32,000 bases of DNA. Source: Mucisphaera calidilacus. Its GTDB lineage: Bacteria > Planctomycetota > Phycisphaerae > Phycisphaerales > Phycisphaeraceae. The stretch's first letter is position 1, and the number at the start of each line of letters is the position of its first letter. The notes beneath the pieces were generated by a model. It had not been told where the DNA came from, did no database searches, and was given only the letters and a program-made list of their open reading frames with translations. Made by a program: the position numbers and the translations under genes. This document shows positions 9,574 to 16,531 of this stretch, piece by piece. The DNA is taken from assembly GCF_007748075.1 (NCBI RefSeq), contig NZ_CP036280.1, forward strand, positions 720,001-752,000. The letters are read 5' to 3'.

Positions 9574-10821
9574 TTACGGTTTCGGAAAATCTTCGGGGAG
9601 CGAGATGATCAGATCCAGATAGACCCGACCCGCTCCGGTCAGGTCACTCAGGGACGCAACCGTCTCCTCGTACACCGGATCGTTCGTCGCGATCGCCATC
9701 CTTCGCAGCGACTGCGCGTAGTAATCGTGCTTCGGGTCGCTGATCTGCTTGTACGGCCAGGGCTTCTCGCCCGACAGGTAAGGCATCAGGAACGCGTAAG
9801 CCCGCTCCAGGCTCCGCCCGTCCTCCGTCTCGAACGACCACAGGTCGATGCCCACACGCTCGGCGAGCACCGCCATCTCGGTGTGACCACGCAGGTTGAA
9901 TTCCGAATAGTCCATCGCACGCGTCCTCGCCAGCTCGTGCGGCTGACGCCCGTCCGGCTCGATCTGCGCCGCGATCCGGTCCGGGATCAGAGCTGCCATC
10001 TTGCGCACGAGCTCCTCGTCACCACCCGCCAGAGCGAAGTAGGCCGTCTGCGCCGTGCACCAGGTGCCGTGGTTGTTCGGGCCCTCGCGCTCGCCGACGC
10101 CGAACTCCGACGTGTCCAGCCAGCGGGCATAGTCAGCGAACCACTGCCGCGCACCCGCCAGGTCTTCCTCCGTCATCGCCTCCGACTCCGCCAGCAGGCT
10201 GATGGCATCGGGCACCCAGCGCAGCCGCAACGTCTCGATGATGCCGTACTTCCGACCCTCGTTGCGGCCCGGGATGAACTGCCCGTACTGAACACGCGGG
10301 TTCATCCGCGTCTCGGGGTCCAGCAGGAAATGACGCACACGCTTGACCGCCTCGCGGGCGTAACGCTCTTCACCCGTGAAGTAGTAAGCGAACCCCAGCC
10401 AGCGCACCGTCTCGCCGAACGTGCCGAGCTTGTCGACGTCGTATTCATAACGCTCAGGATTGATCTCGCCGTCGCGGCGGATGTAAGGCAGCCCGTCCGG
10501 CTTCGAGGGATCCGGCCACCAATAAGGCGACAGGCTCACGTAATCATTGAAATCCCCCGAGGGCGGTGCCTTGGGCTTTTCCACCACCGAGATCATCGGC
10601 TTGTCCATCGACGCCTCGGCCAGCAGGATCAACTCATCCATCGCCCGCTGCAGCGACGGATCACCCGCACGCACACGCTCACGCACCGCAGCCAGACGCG
10701 CCGGGTCCGTGATGTACACCTGAGGCAGGTCTTGGGCCATGACGGCTGGCGACACGAGCATCGCGTGGAGCAGGGCGGCAACGAGAACGAGCAGGGGGGT
10801 GAATCTGGGCATGGTGACCAT
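9574..10821 (-). CDS. secreted alginate-lyase-family protein (PL5 / Pfam Alginate_lyase-like)
   Basis: Signal peptide 'MPRFTPLLVLVAALLHAMLVSPAVMAQ'. 'WWPDPSKPDGLPYIRRDGEINP', 'FAYYFTGEERYA' and the catalytic-region motif 'NNHGTW' (compare NNHSYW of PL5 lyases). Start is ATG at 10821 or 10812. Confidence 0.75.
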   Translation of the reverse strand: MVTMPRFTPLLVLVAALLHAMLVSPAVMAQDLPQVYITDPARLAAVRERVRAGDPSLQRAMDELILLAEASMDKPMISVVEKPKAPPSGDFNDYVSLSPYWWPDPSKPDGLPYIRRDGEINPERYEYDVDKLGTFGETVRWLGFAYYFTGEERYAREAVKRVRHFLLDPETRMNPRVQYGQFIPGRNEGRKYGIIETLRLRWVPDAISLLAESEAMTEEDLAGARQWFADYARWLDTSEFGVGEREGPNNHGTWCTAQTAYFALAGGDEELVRKMAALIPDRIAAQIEPDGRQPHELARTRAMDYSEFNLRGHTEMAVLAERVGIDLWSFETEDGRSLERAYAFLMPYLSGEKPWPYKQISDPKHDYYAQSLRRMAIATNDPVYEETVASLSDLTGAGRVYLDLIISLPEDFPKP

Positions 10822-10893
10822 CTTTTAACAGTGAGGTGAGTCAGGTGAATGAGGCGGTTTCTGAACTGTTCACAGCGTACACCCAACCGGTGT

Positions 10894-10947
10894 ATTGTTC
10901 AAACAATTCATCCTCAAAATCACGTTAATTAACATGTTTAAAAACAT
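10894..10947. promoter_or_regulatory. three short palindromes, candidate operator sites
   Basis: ATTGTT-ca-AACAAT (10894-10907), perfect GTTAATTAAC (10924-10933) and ATGTTT-aa-AAACAT (10934-10947). All read directly from the sequence. Confidence 0.4.
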
Positions 10948-11011
10948 AAATATATATTTTGTAGTATATTACGATGTTTTTATGATGGCTTTATATTTGT
11001 GAAATAAGCCC

Positions 11012-11040
11012 TTGCCCCATCGCGGATCGCCCGTTATGCT
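11012..11040 (+). promoter_or_regulatory. candidate sigma70-like promoter giving a leaderless LacI-family mRNA
   Basis: TTGCCC (11012-11017), 17-nt spacer, TATGCT (11035-11040), then 6 nt to the ATG at 11047. No SD-like purine run precedes that ATG. The promoter consensus for this lineage is unknown to me. Confidence 0.2.
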
Positions 11041-11046
11041 TCGGGT

Positions 11047-12144
11047 ATGTCGATCGTGGACGTCGCCAAACTCGCAGGACTCTCACACACCACGGTGTCG
11101 CGGGTGATCAATCACCAGCCGGGCGTCTCCGCCTCCACCGTCAAGAAAGTCCAGCAGGCCATGCGGCAGCTCGGCTACACGCCGCCCGCCCGCCGCCGAG
11201 GCCCCCAGCCACGCCACCGCCGCAACATCCGCACCGGCAACATCGCCCTGCTCATGTTCGGCACCGACGCCGCGCCCATGATCGCACCCGTCGCCGCCGC
11301 GGTCACCCACTACCTCGAAGAGCACCTCGGCCGGCACGACCTCAACCTCAGCATCGGCCAGGTCAAGAGCGACGGACGCATCCCCTCCGCCGTCGCCAAC
11401 GGCCGCGTCGACGGCCTCATCCTTCACGGCAGGCCCCCAAGCCCCGAGGTCGCCGCCAAGCTCATGCGTTTCCCCTCCGTCTGGATCATGAGCCCACGGA
11501 GCCGCACCGGATACTGGGGCGACCGCGTCTGCCCGGACAACTCCGCCATCGGCCGCATCGCCGCCGAGTACCTCATCGGCCGCGGCCACGACCGCATCTC
11601 GATGCTCGAGATCGAAACGGCCCACCTCGGCTTCCGCGAACGCGCCATGGCCTTCTGCGAGACCGCCGAAGAACACAACGTCAGCACCGAACTCATCACC
11701 GTGCCCGATCAGGACGACTCTCAGGCCCAGGGCTCGCCCATGCGGCCCGCGATGATCAACGCCCTGATCGACCGCTTCGTCGCCCTCGAAGACCGGCCCA
11801 GCGGACTCTTCGTCCCGCTCGGTCAAGCCACCCTCGCCGTCTACGAAGCCCTCCGCATGCGTGGCATCGAGCCGGGCGGCCAGGTCACCGTCGTCGCCTG
11901 CGACAACGACCCGACCCTCGCCGGACTCAACCCCAGGCTCGCCACCGTTGACGTCCGCCCCGACCGCATCGGCCAGCTCGCCGTCGAGCAGCTCCTGCTG
12001 CGGATGGACAAGGCGTCGCCGCACGCGAGGACCCAGGTGCTCGTCGAGCCTTCGCTCGTCACACCCCCCGTCCCCGAAGAGCCCAGGATCCCTGCTTCTG
12101 AAATCACAACCAGCAACGGGGTGCGTACCCCGTCGTTTGCCTGA
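11047..12144 (+). CDS. LacI family transcriptional regulator
   Basis: N-terminal HTH 'MSIVDVAKLAGLSHTTVSRVINHQPGVSASTVKKVQQAMRQLGYTP' followed by a periplasmic-binding-protein-like sugar-sensing domain. Confidence 0.9.
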   Translation: MSIVDVAKLAGLSHTTVSRVINHQPGVSASTVKKVQQAMRQLGYTPPARRRGPQPRHRRNIRTGNIALLMFGTDAAPMIAPVAAAVTHYLEEHLGRHDLNLSIGQVKSDGRIPSAVANGRVDGLILHGRPPSPEVAAKLMRFPSVWIMSPRSRTGYWGDRVCPDNSAIGRIAAEYLIGRGHDRISMLEIETAHLGFRERAMAFCETAEEHNVSTELITVPDQDDSQAQGSPMRPAMINALIDRFVALEDRPSGLFVPLGQATLAVYEALRMRGIEPGGQVTVVACDNDPTLAGLNPRLATVDVRPDRIGQLAVEQLLLRMDKASPHARTQVLVEPSLVTPPVPEEPRIPASEITTSNGVRTPSFA

Positions 12145-12227
12145 TCGTTTCTCGTGTATCCCGGTGTTTCGTTTCTGACTGTTTCACATCCGAAGAATCC
12201 TGTCGACTCATCTAGGAGGAAGACGCA

Positions 12228-13616
12228 ATGACCACCCGCACCATCACAACCATGGCCGCACTCAGCACCTTCATGCTGGCATCCGCCGCCAGCGCCAACC
12301 TCGCCCTGCTCAACTTCGACGACGGCACCACCGGCCCGTTCTACAACGCCGGCGGCTTCACCAGCAGCGGCATCGGCGATCCCAAGCCCGTGCTCTCGGT
12401 CGCCGACGACACCGCCGGCCTCGGCTCAGGCAACGCACTCTTTGTCGAGTCCAAGGGTGCCGGCAGCGAGCTCTACGCCCTGCTCGACAACCCCGTAAGC
12501 CTCAACGACCTCGGCGACAAGATCGTCATCCAGCTCGACTGGCGCCTCGACACCACCACCAGCTCGCAGCCCGACTCCAGCTCCGCCGACTTCCGCTTCG
12601 GCATCTTTAACGACGATGACAACTCCATCGGCCAGGTCTTCGGCCAGAAGCCCGTCTTCGACGAGTTCGGCGACCCCGTCTTCGAAGGCGAAGACCAGCT
12701 TTTTGAAGACGCCATCTTCGGACAGACCGGCGGTGACTTCGACGGTGCCAACGGACCCATCGACCCCGATTTCGGCATTCACGTCCGCACCGCTTTCAAC
12801 AAGAACGTCGCGGACCCGAACACGCCCGACGCCCTGACCGACGTCCGCGTCCGCACCGAATCCTGGTTCGATCTCGGTGGCATCCTCTCAGGTTCCGGCA
12901 ACACCATCGTCACCGGCAACGACCTCGAAGAGGGCGGCACCAACTGGGGCGCACTCCGCGACGGTTCCGCCAACACCATCAAGCTCACCCTCGAACTCAC
13001 CAACGAGACGCTGCCCGACCAGACCGAGCCGGAGGACGCCTACCGCGCCACCCTCGAAGTCACCAACGCCCTCGGCACCTCGGTCTTCTCCAACCGCGAC
13101 CCGATCTCCCAGCTCGAGTTCAGCACCTTCCACTACATGGTCTTCGAAGACGCCAACGACGACTTCGACTACGTCATCGACAACCTCTCCGTCACCGCCA
13201 TCCCCGCCGGCAGCGGACTCACCGGCGACTTCAACTCCGACGGCGTCGTTGACGCGGCCGACGTCGACCTCCTCGCCGAGGCGATCCGTACCGGCTCCTC
13301 CGACCCGCAGTTCGACCTCGACGGGCAGAACGGCGTCGACAACGGCGACCTCACCGAGATGGTCACCGTCGTTCTCGGCACCAACTTCGGCGACGCCAAC
13401 CTCGACCTCAGCGTCGACCTGCTCGACCTCTCGGCCCTCGCCTCCAACTTCAACGCCGTCGCCGGCTGGGCGGGCGGCAACTTCAACACCGACACCGTCG
13501 TCGACCTGCTCGACCTCTCGGCCCTCGCCTCCAACTTCGAGACCGCCGCAGCGCCCGAACCCGCCGCGGCCGGACTCCTGGCCATCGGCGCGCTCGCACT
13601 GATCCGCCGCCGCTGA
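12228..13616 (+). CDS. secreted acidic protein: jelly-roll-like N-domain + dockerin-like repeats + PEP-CTERM anchor
   Basis: GGAGG lies 7 nt upstream of the ATG. Signal peptide '...FMLASAASA'. The N-domain of about 330 aa has unknown function and ends 'FDYVIDNLSV'. From 13224 come four Ca-loop/dockerin-like segments (GDFNSDGVVDAADVDLL; DLDGQNGVDNGDL; GDANLDLSVDLLDLSALASNF; GNFNTDTVVDLLDLSALASNF). PEP-CTERM tail 'PEPAAAGLLAIGALALIRRR' (13554-13613). Confidence 0.8.
   Translation: MTTRTITTMAALSTFMLASAASANLALLNFDDGTTGPFYNAGGFTSSGIGDPKPVLSVADDTAGLGSGNALFVESKGAGSELYALLDNPVSLNDLGDKIVIQLDWRLDTTTSSQPDSSSADFRFGIFNDDDNSIGQVFGQKPVFDEFGDPVFEGEDQLFEDAIFGQTGGDFDGANGPIDPDFGIHVRTAFNKNVADPNTPDALTDVRVRTESWFDLGGILSGSGNTIVTGNDLEEGGTNWGALRDGSANTIKLTLELTNETLPDQTEPEDAYRATLEVTNALGTSVFSNRDPISQLEFSTFHYMVFEDANDDFDYVIDNLSVTAIPAGSGLTGDFNSDGVVDAADVDLLAEAIRTGSSDPQFDLDGQNGVDNGDLTEMVTVVLGTNFGDANLDLSVDLLDLSALASNFNAVAGWAGGNFNTDTVVDLLDLSALASNFETAAAPEPAAAGLLAIGALALIRRR
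13412..13538 (+). repeat. perfect 40-bp direct repeat, 87-bp period, inside the CDS
   Basis: cgtcgacctgctcgacctctcggccctcgcctccaacttc occurs at 13412-13451 and again at 13499-13538 (checked base by base). It encodes VDLLDLSALASNF. Confidence 0.95.
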
Positions 13617-13632
13617 CCGACAACCCCCGCGT

Positions 13633-13656
13633 TCTGCCCGCTCAACGGCGGGCAGA
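13633..13656 (+). terminator. GC-rich stem-loop downstream of the PEP-CTERM gene (no U-tract)
   Basis: tctgcccgc / gcgggcaga form a perfect 9-bp stem with loop tcaacg. No T-run follows, so terminator function is uncertain. Confidence 0.4.
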
Positions 13657-13729
13657 CGCCTTACGGACCTGCGTCCGATCGTGTTAAGTGATTCACGCCC
13701 AAGACTCTTTGCAGAACAGGACGACCATC

Positions 13730-14623
13730 ATGCTGCGCACACGCCAAGGCTTCACACTCATCGAACTGCTGGTGGTGATCTCCATCATCGCCCTGCTGAT
13801 CGGCATCCTGCTCCCCGCTCTCGGTGCCGCACGCAGCACCGCCCGAACCATGTCGTGCAACAGCAATCTCCGACAGATCGGCATCGCACACCAGATCTAT
13901 GGCGTCAACAACAACGGCAACATCGTTCCCTACGCCAAGCTGCCCGACGACCTCAACCAATCTGATGTCTTGTGGTTCGAGATGCTCGCCGAGACCATGA
14001 TGGGTGCGAAACGCGACGCCGACGGCAACCGTGATCAATTCATGCGCGAAACCTTTGCCTGTCCCGCTTTTGATTTTTCCCGTGCAGAGGAATACCAGAT
14101 CGATTTCGGTGGCGGCACAAGCAAGATCGGCTTTGGCATGAACCTCGACCTGCACCGCGACAGCATCTACTGGCGCGAGGCAGGACTTGTCGGTGCCGAG
14201 AAATTCAAATACACCAGCGGTTACATCCCCGTGGCAACGAGACTCGAAAACGCGCAAGGTGATCCAAACTACCCCAGCGTCAATGGCTTCTGGAAGTACG
14301 AGAATATCCCCAGCCAGAGCAACTGGATCCTCAACGGCGACAGCTTCGAGCAACATCTCAAGGTACGCGGTGATGCGGGCGGCAGCAGTGGTACTGGCGA
14401 GATCTATTTTCAAAAGGCACAGGGCTCGGTTGATTATGAGCAACTCAAGCGATGGGAGTCAGGCGAGCCCGACCGCCACGGCTCCGGCGAAGGCAACCAG
14501 CGTGCCAACTATGTCTTTGCTGATGGACACGCCTCGACACTTGGTAAGGAAGAAGCTGCCTTTACTCTCGCCGATCCACTTAACAAGTACCAGCCTGTCT
14601 ATGACGAAGACGAGGGTGGCTGA
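13730..14623 (+). CDS. prepilin-type N-terminal cleavage/methylation domain protein (type IV pilin-like / pseudopilin, DUF1559 / H-X9-DG-related)
   Basis: ATG at 13730 gives the leader 'MLRTRQG|[32 protein letters not shown]'. C-terminal '[21 protein letters not shown]' resembles the H-X9-DG motif, but with a longer spacer. The track ORF start at 13688 is less likely. Confidence 0.85.
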   Translation: MLRTRQGFTLIELLVVISIIALLIGILLPALGAARSTARTMSCNSNLRQIGIAHQIYGVNNNGNIVPYAKLPDDLNQSDVLWFEMLAETMMGAKRDADGNRDQFMRETFACPAFDFSRAEEYQIDFGGGTSKIGFGMNLDLHRDSIYWREAGLVGAEKFKYTSGYIPVATRLENAQGDPNYPSVNGFWKYENIPSQSNWILNGDSFEQHLKVRGDAGGSSGTGEIYFQKAQGSVDYEQLKRWESGEPDRHGSGEGNQRANYVFADGHASTLGKEEAAFTLADPLNKYQPVYDEDEGG

Positions 14624-14653
14624 GAGCGTTTTCGTATCCTGAACCACCGGGAT

Positions 14654-14687
14654 CGGGCGTCCCACACCTCCGGGACGCCCGTTTCTT
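14654..14687 (+). terminator. intrinsic terminator-like hairpin
   Basis: cgggcgtccc (14654-14663) pairs with gggacgcccg (14672-14681), a perfect 10-bp stem with an 8-nt loop, followed by tttctt. Confidence 0.55.
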
Positions 14688-14713
14688 AAAGCCCCTGACG
14701 GAACTGACCAGGC

Positions 14714-16531
14714 ATGATCGAGATCGCCGTTATCGCGGGTTACCTCCTGCTGCTCGTCACCATCGGTTTTGTCCTCCAGCGGCTCAACAGCGACGTCAGC
14801 GACTACTTCCGAAGCGGCTGCCGCGCCAAGTGGTGGATGGTCGGCTCCAGCGCCTTCATGACCGCCTTCTCCGCGTGGACCTTCACCGGCGGCGCCGGCG
14901 CCGCCTACACCGCCGGACTCTCCGTCACCGTCATCTTCTTCGCCAACGTCCTCGGCTTCCTCATCCAGGCCGCCTTCCTCGCCGGCTGGTTCCGACAACT
15001 CCGCGCCGTCACCTTCCCCGAAGTCCTCCGCGACCGCTTCGGGCACCTCACCCAGCAGTTCTACGCATGGATCACCGTCCCCCTCCAGCTCTGCTACGCC
15101 GCCGTCTGGCTCTGGGGCCTCGCCACCTTCATCTCTTCGGTCTTCGGCTACGACATCAACACCGTCATCCTCGTCACCGGGCTAGTCGTCCTCGTCTACT
15201 CGCTCTTCGGCGGGAGCTGGGCCGTCATGGCCACCGACTTCCTCCAGACCCTCATCCTGATGCCGATCACCATCCTCGTCACCGTGCTCTGCCTCATCGA
15301 GCTCGGCGGCATCACCGGACTCATCGACGGCATCCGCGATGCGGGACTCGCCTCCGACTACGCCATGGTCAACGCACCCGACCGATTCGACAACGAAGAC
15401 TACACGTGGTCATGGCTGTTTGCCGTCGTCGTCTACAAGATCATCAACCACTCCGCCCTTGAAGTCTCCCAGAAGTACTTCGCCGTCAAGGACGGTCGCG
15501 AGGCACGGCAGGCCGCGCTCCTCGCCGCCGTCATGTCATTCGTCGGCGTCTTTATCTGGTTCATCCCGCCCATGGCCGCCGCCATCCTCATCCCCGACCA
15601 GATCGAAGCCCTCTCGCTCAAGAACGCCGCCGAGGGCTCCTACGCCCTCATCAGCATGAACCTCCTCCCCGCGGGCCTCACCGGCGTCATGGTCGTCGCC
15701 ATGTTCTCCGCCACCATGAGCTCCATGGACTCCGGCCTCAACCGCAACGCCGCCATCTTCACCCGCGACATGTACCCCACCCTCAGCCGACTCGTCGGCA
15801 TGGAGCCCGCCGAGGGCAAGGCCCTCCTCCACATCGGGCAGCTCTTTTCCTGCGCCTTCGGCTTCGGCATCATCGCCCTCGCCTACTACTTCGCCCAGTC
15901 CGAGGGCAAGGGCGTCTTCCAGGTCATGCTCGACATCGGCGGCCTCCTCACCCTCCCGATGTTCATCCCGATGCTGCTGGCCATCTTCGTCCGCCACGTC
16001 CCGTGGTGGTCCGCCATCTTCGCCGTCCTCGCCGCCTTCGTGCCCTCCTCCATCGCCTTCCTCTCCGGCAAGTACCCCGAGTACATCGACTGGCTCACGC
16101 CCTACCTGCCCGAGTTCCTCGGCTACATGACCGACGGCAACTGGACCTACGCCCAGAAGATCTTCACCAACACCCTCGTCGGCTCCACCGCCTTCTTCAT
16201 CACCATGCCCTTCTGGCACGGGTCGACCGATGAATACCGCCAGCGTGCCGACGCCTTCTACAAGAAGATGCACACGCCCGTGAACTTCGAGGAAGAGGTC
16301 GGCGAGGCCAACGACGACCACCAGCGACTCGTCGTTGGCGTCTTCGCCGTCGTCATGGGCTCCTTCATCTGCCTGCTGCTCCTGCTGCCCAACGACATCA
16401 AGGGGCGACTCGGCATCCTCTTCGTCGGCGGCTTCGTCCTCACCGCAGGCATCTTCCTGCTCCGCTCCGCACAACGCGCAGCAACCGCTGAGGAACCCCT
16501 AGCGCCCTTCAGGGGAGAAGACAACCCATGA
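14714..16531 (+). CDS. sodium:solute symporter (SSS) family transporter
   Basis: 605 aa with about 13-14 hydrophobic helices. The N-terminus 'IAVIAGYLLLLVTIGFVLQR...DYFRSG' and 'GSWAVMATDFLQ' are typical SSS blocks. Confidence 0.85.
   Translation: MIEIAVIAGYLLLLVTIGFVLQRLNSDVSDYFRSGCRAKWWMVGSSAFMTAFSAWTFTGGAGAAYTAGLSVTVIFFANVLGFLIQAAFLAGWFRQLRAVTFPEVLRDRFGHLTQQFYAWITVPLQLCYAAVWLWGLATFISSVFGYDINTVILVTGLVVLVYSLFGGSWAVMATDFLQTLILMPITILVTVLCLIELGGITGLIDGIRDAGLASDYAMVNAPDRFDNEDYTWSWLFAVVVYKIINHSALEVSQKYFAVKDGREARQAALLAAVMSFVGVFIWFIPPMAAAILIPDQIEALSLKNAAEGSYALISMNLLPAGLTGVMVVAMFSATMSSMDSGLNRNAAIFTRDMYPTLSRLVGMEPAEGKALLHIGQLFSCAFGFGIIALAYYFAQSEGKGVFQVMLDIGGLLTLPMFIPMLLAIFVRHVPWWSAIFAVLAAFVPSSIAFLSGKYPEYIDWLTPYLPEFLGYMTDGNWTYAQKIFTNTLVGSTAFFITMPFWHGSTDEYRQRADAFYKKMHTPVNFEEEVGEANDDHQRLVVGVFAVVMGSFICLLLLLPNDIKGRLGILFVGGFVLTAGIFLLRSAQRAATAEEPLAPFRGEDNP

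Larger units (their letters stand above)
10822..11046. promoter_or_regulatory. divergent control region with AT-rich island (10891-11010, about 23% G+C by hand count)
   Basis: Lies between the minus-strand lyase operon and the plus-strand LacI-family gene. Lines 10921-10980 contain only 11 G/C in 60 nt, against about 65-70% in flanking genes. Confidence 0.7.

Noticed and set aside
9550-10839. 429-aa plus-strand ORF antisense to the alginate-lyase-family gene. Similar cases are 6531-7436, 7409-8236 and 8636-9622.
   Set aside because: The composition is dominated by R, L, H, P, Q and V with no domain signature, and it mirrors a well-supported minus-strand gene.
10891-11010. AT-rich island considered as a remnant of a mobile element or integration site
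   Set aside because: There are no flanking direct or inverted terminal repeats, no transposase or integrase, and no tRNA. Its position between divergent start codons fits a promoter/operator region better.
11083-12024. 313-aa minus-strand ORF antisense to the LacI-family gene
   Set aside because: G/D/A/V-rich shadow frame. The plus frame has an unmistakable LacI HTH.
13412-13538. The regularly spaced perfect repeats (here and at 31059-31187) considered as a CRISPR-like array
   Set aside because: Each locus has only two copies, lying in-frame inside CDSs and encoding a peptide repeat. There are no cas genes and no spacer-like architecture.
13661-15046. Minus-strand ORFs 13661-14443 and 14459-15046 opposite the pilin-like and symporter genes
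   Set aside because: No motifs are present. The opposite frames carry the prepilin leader and SSS blocks, and the second ORF would run through a terminator hairpin.
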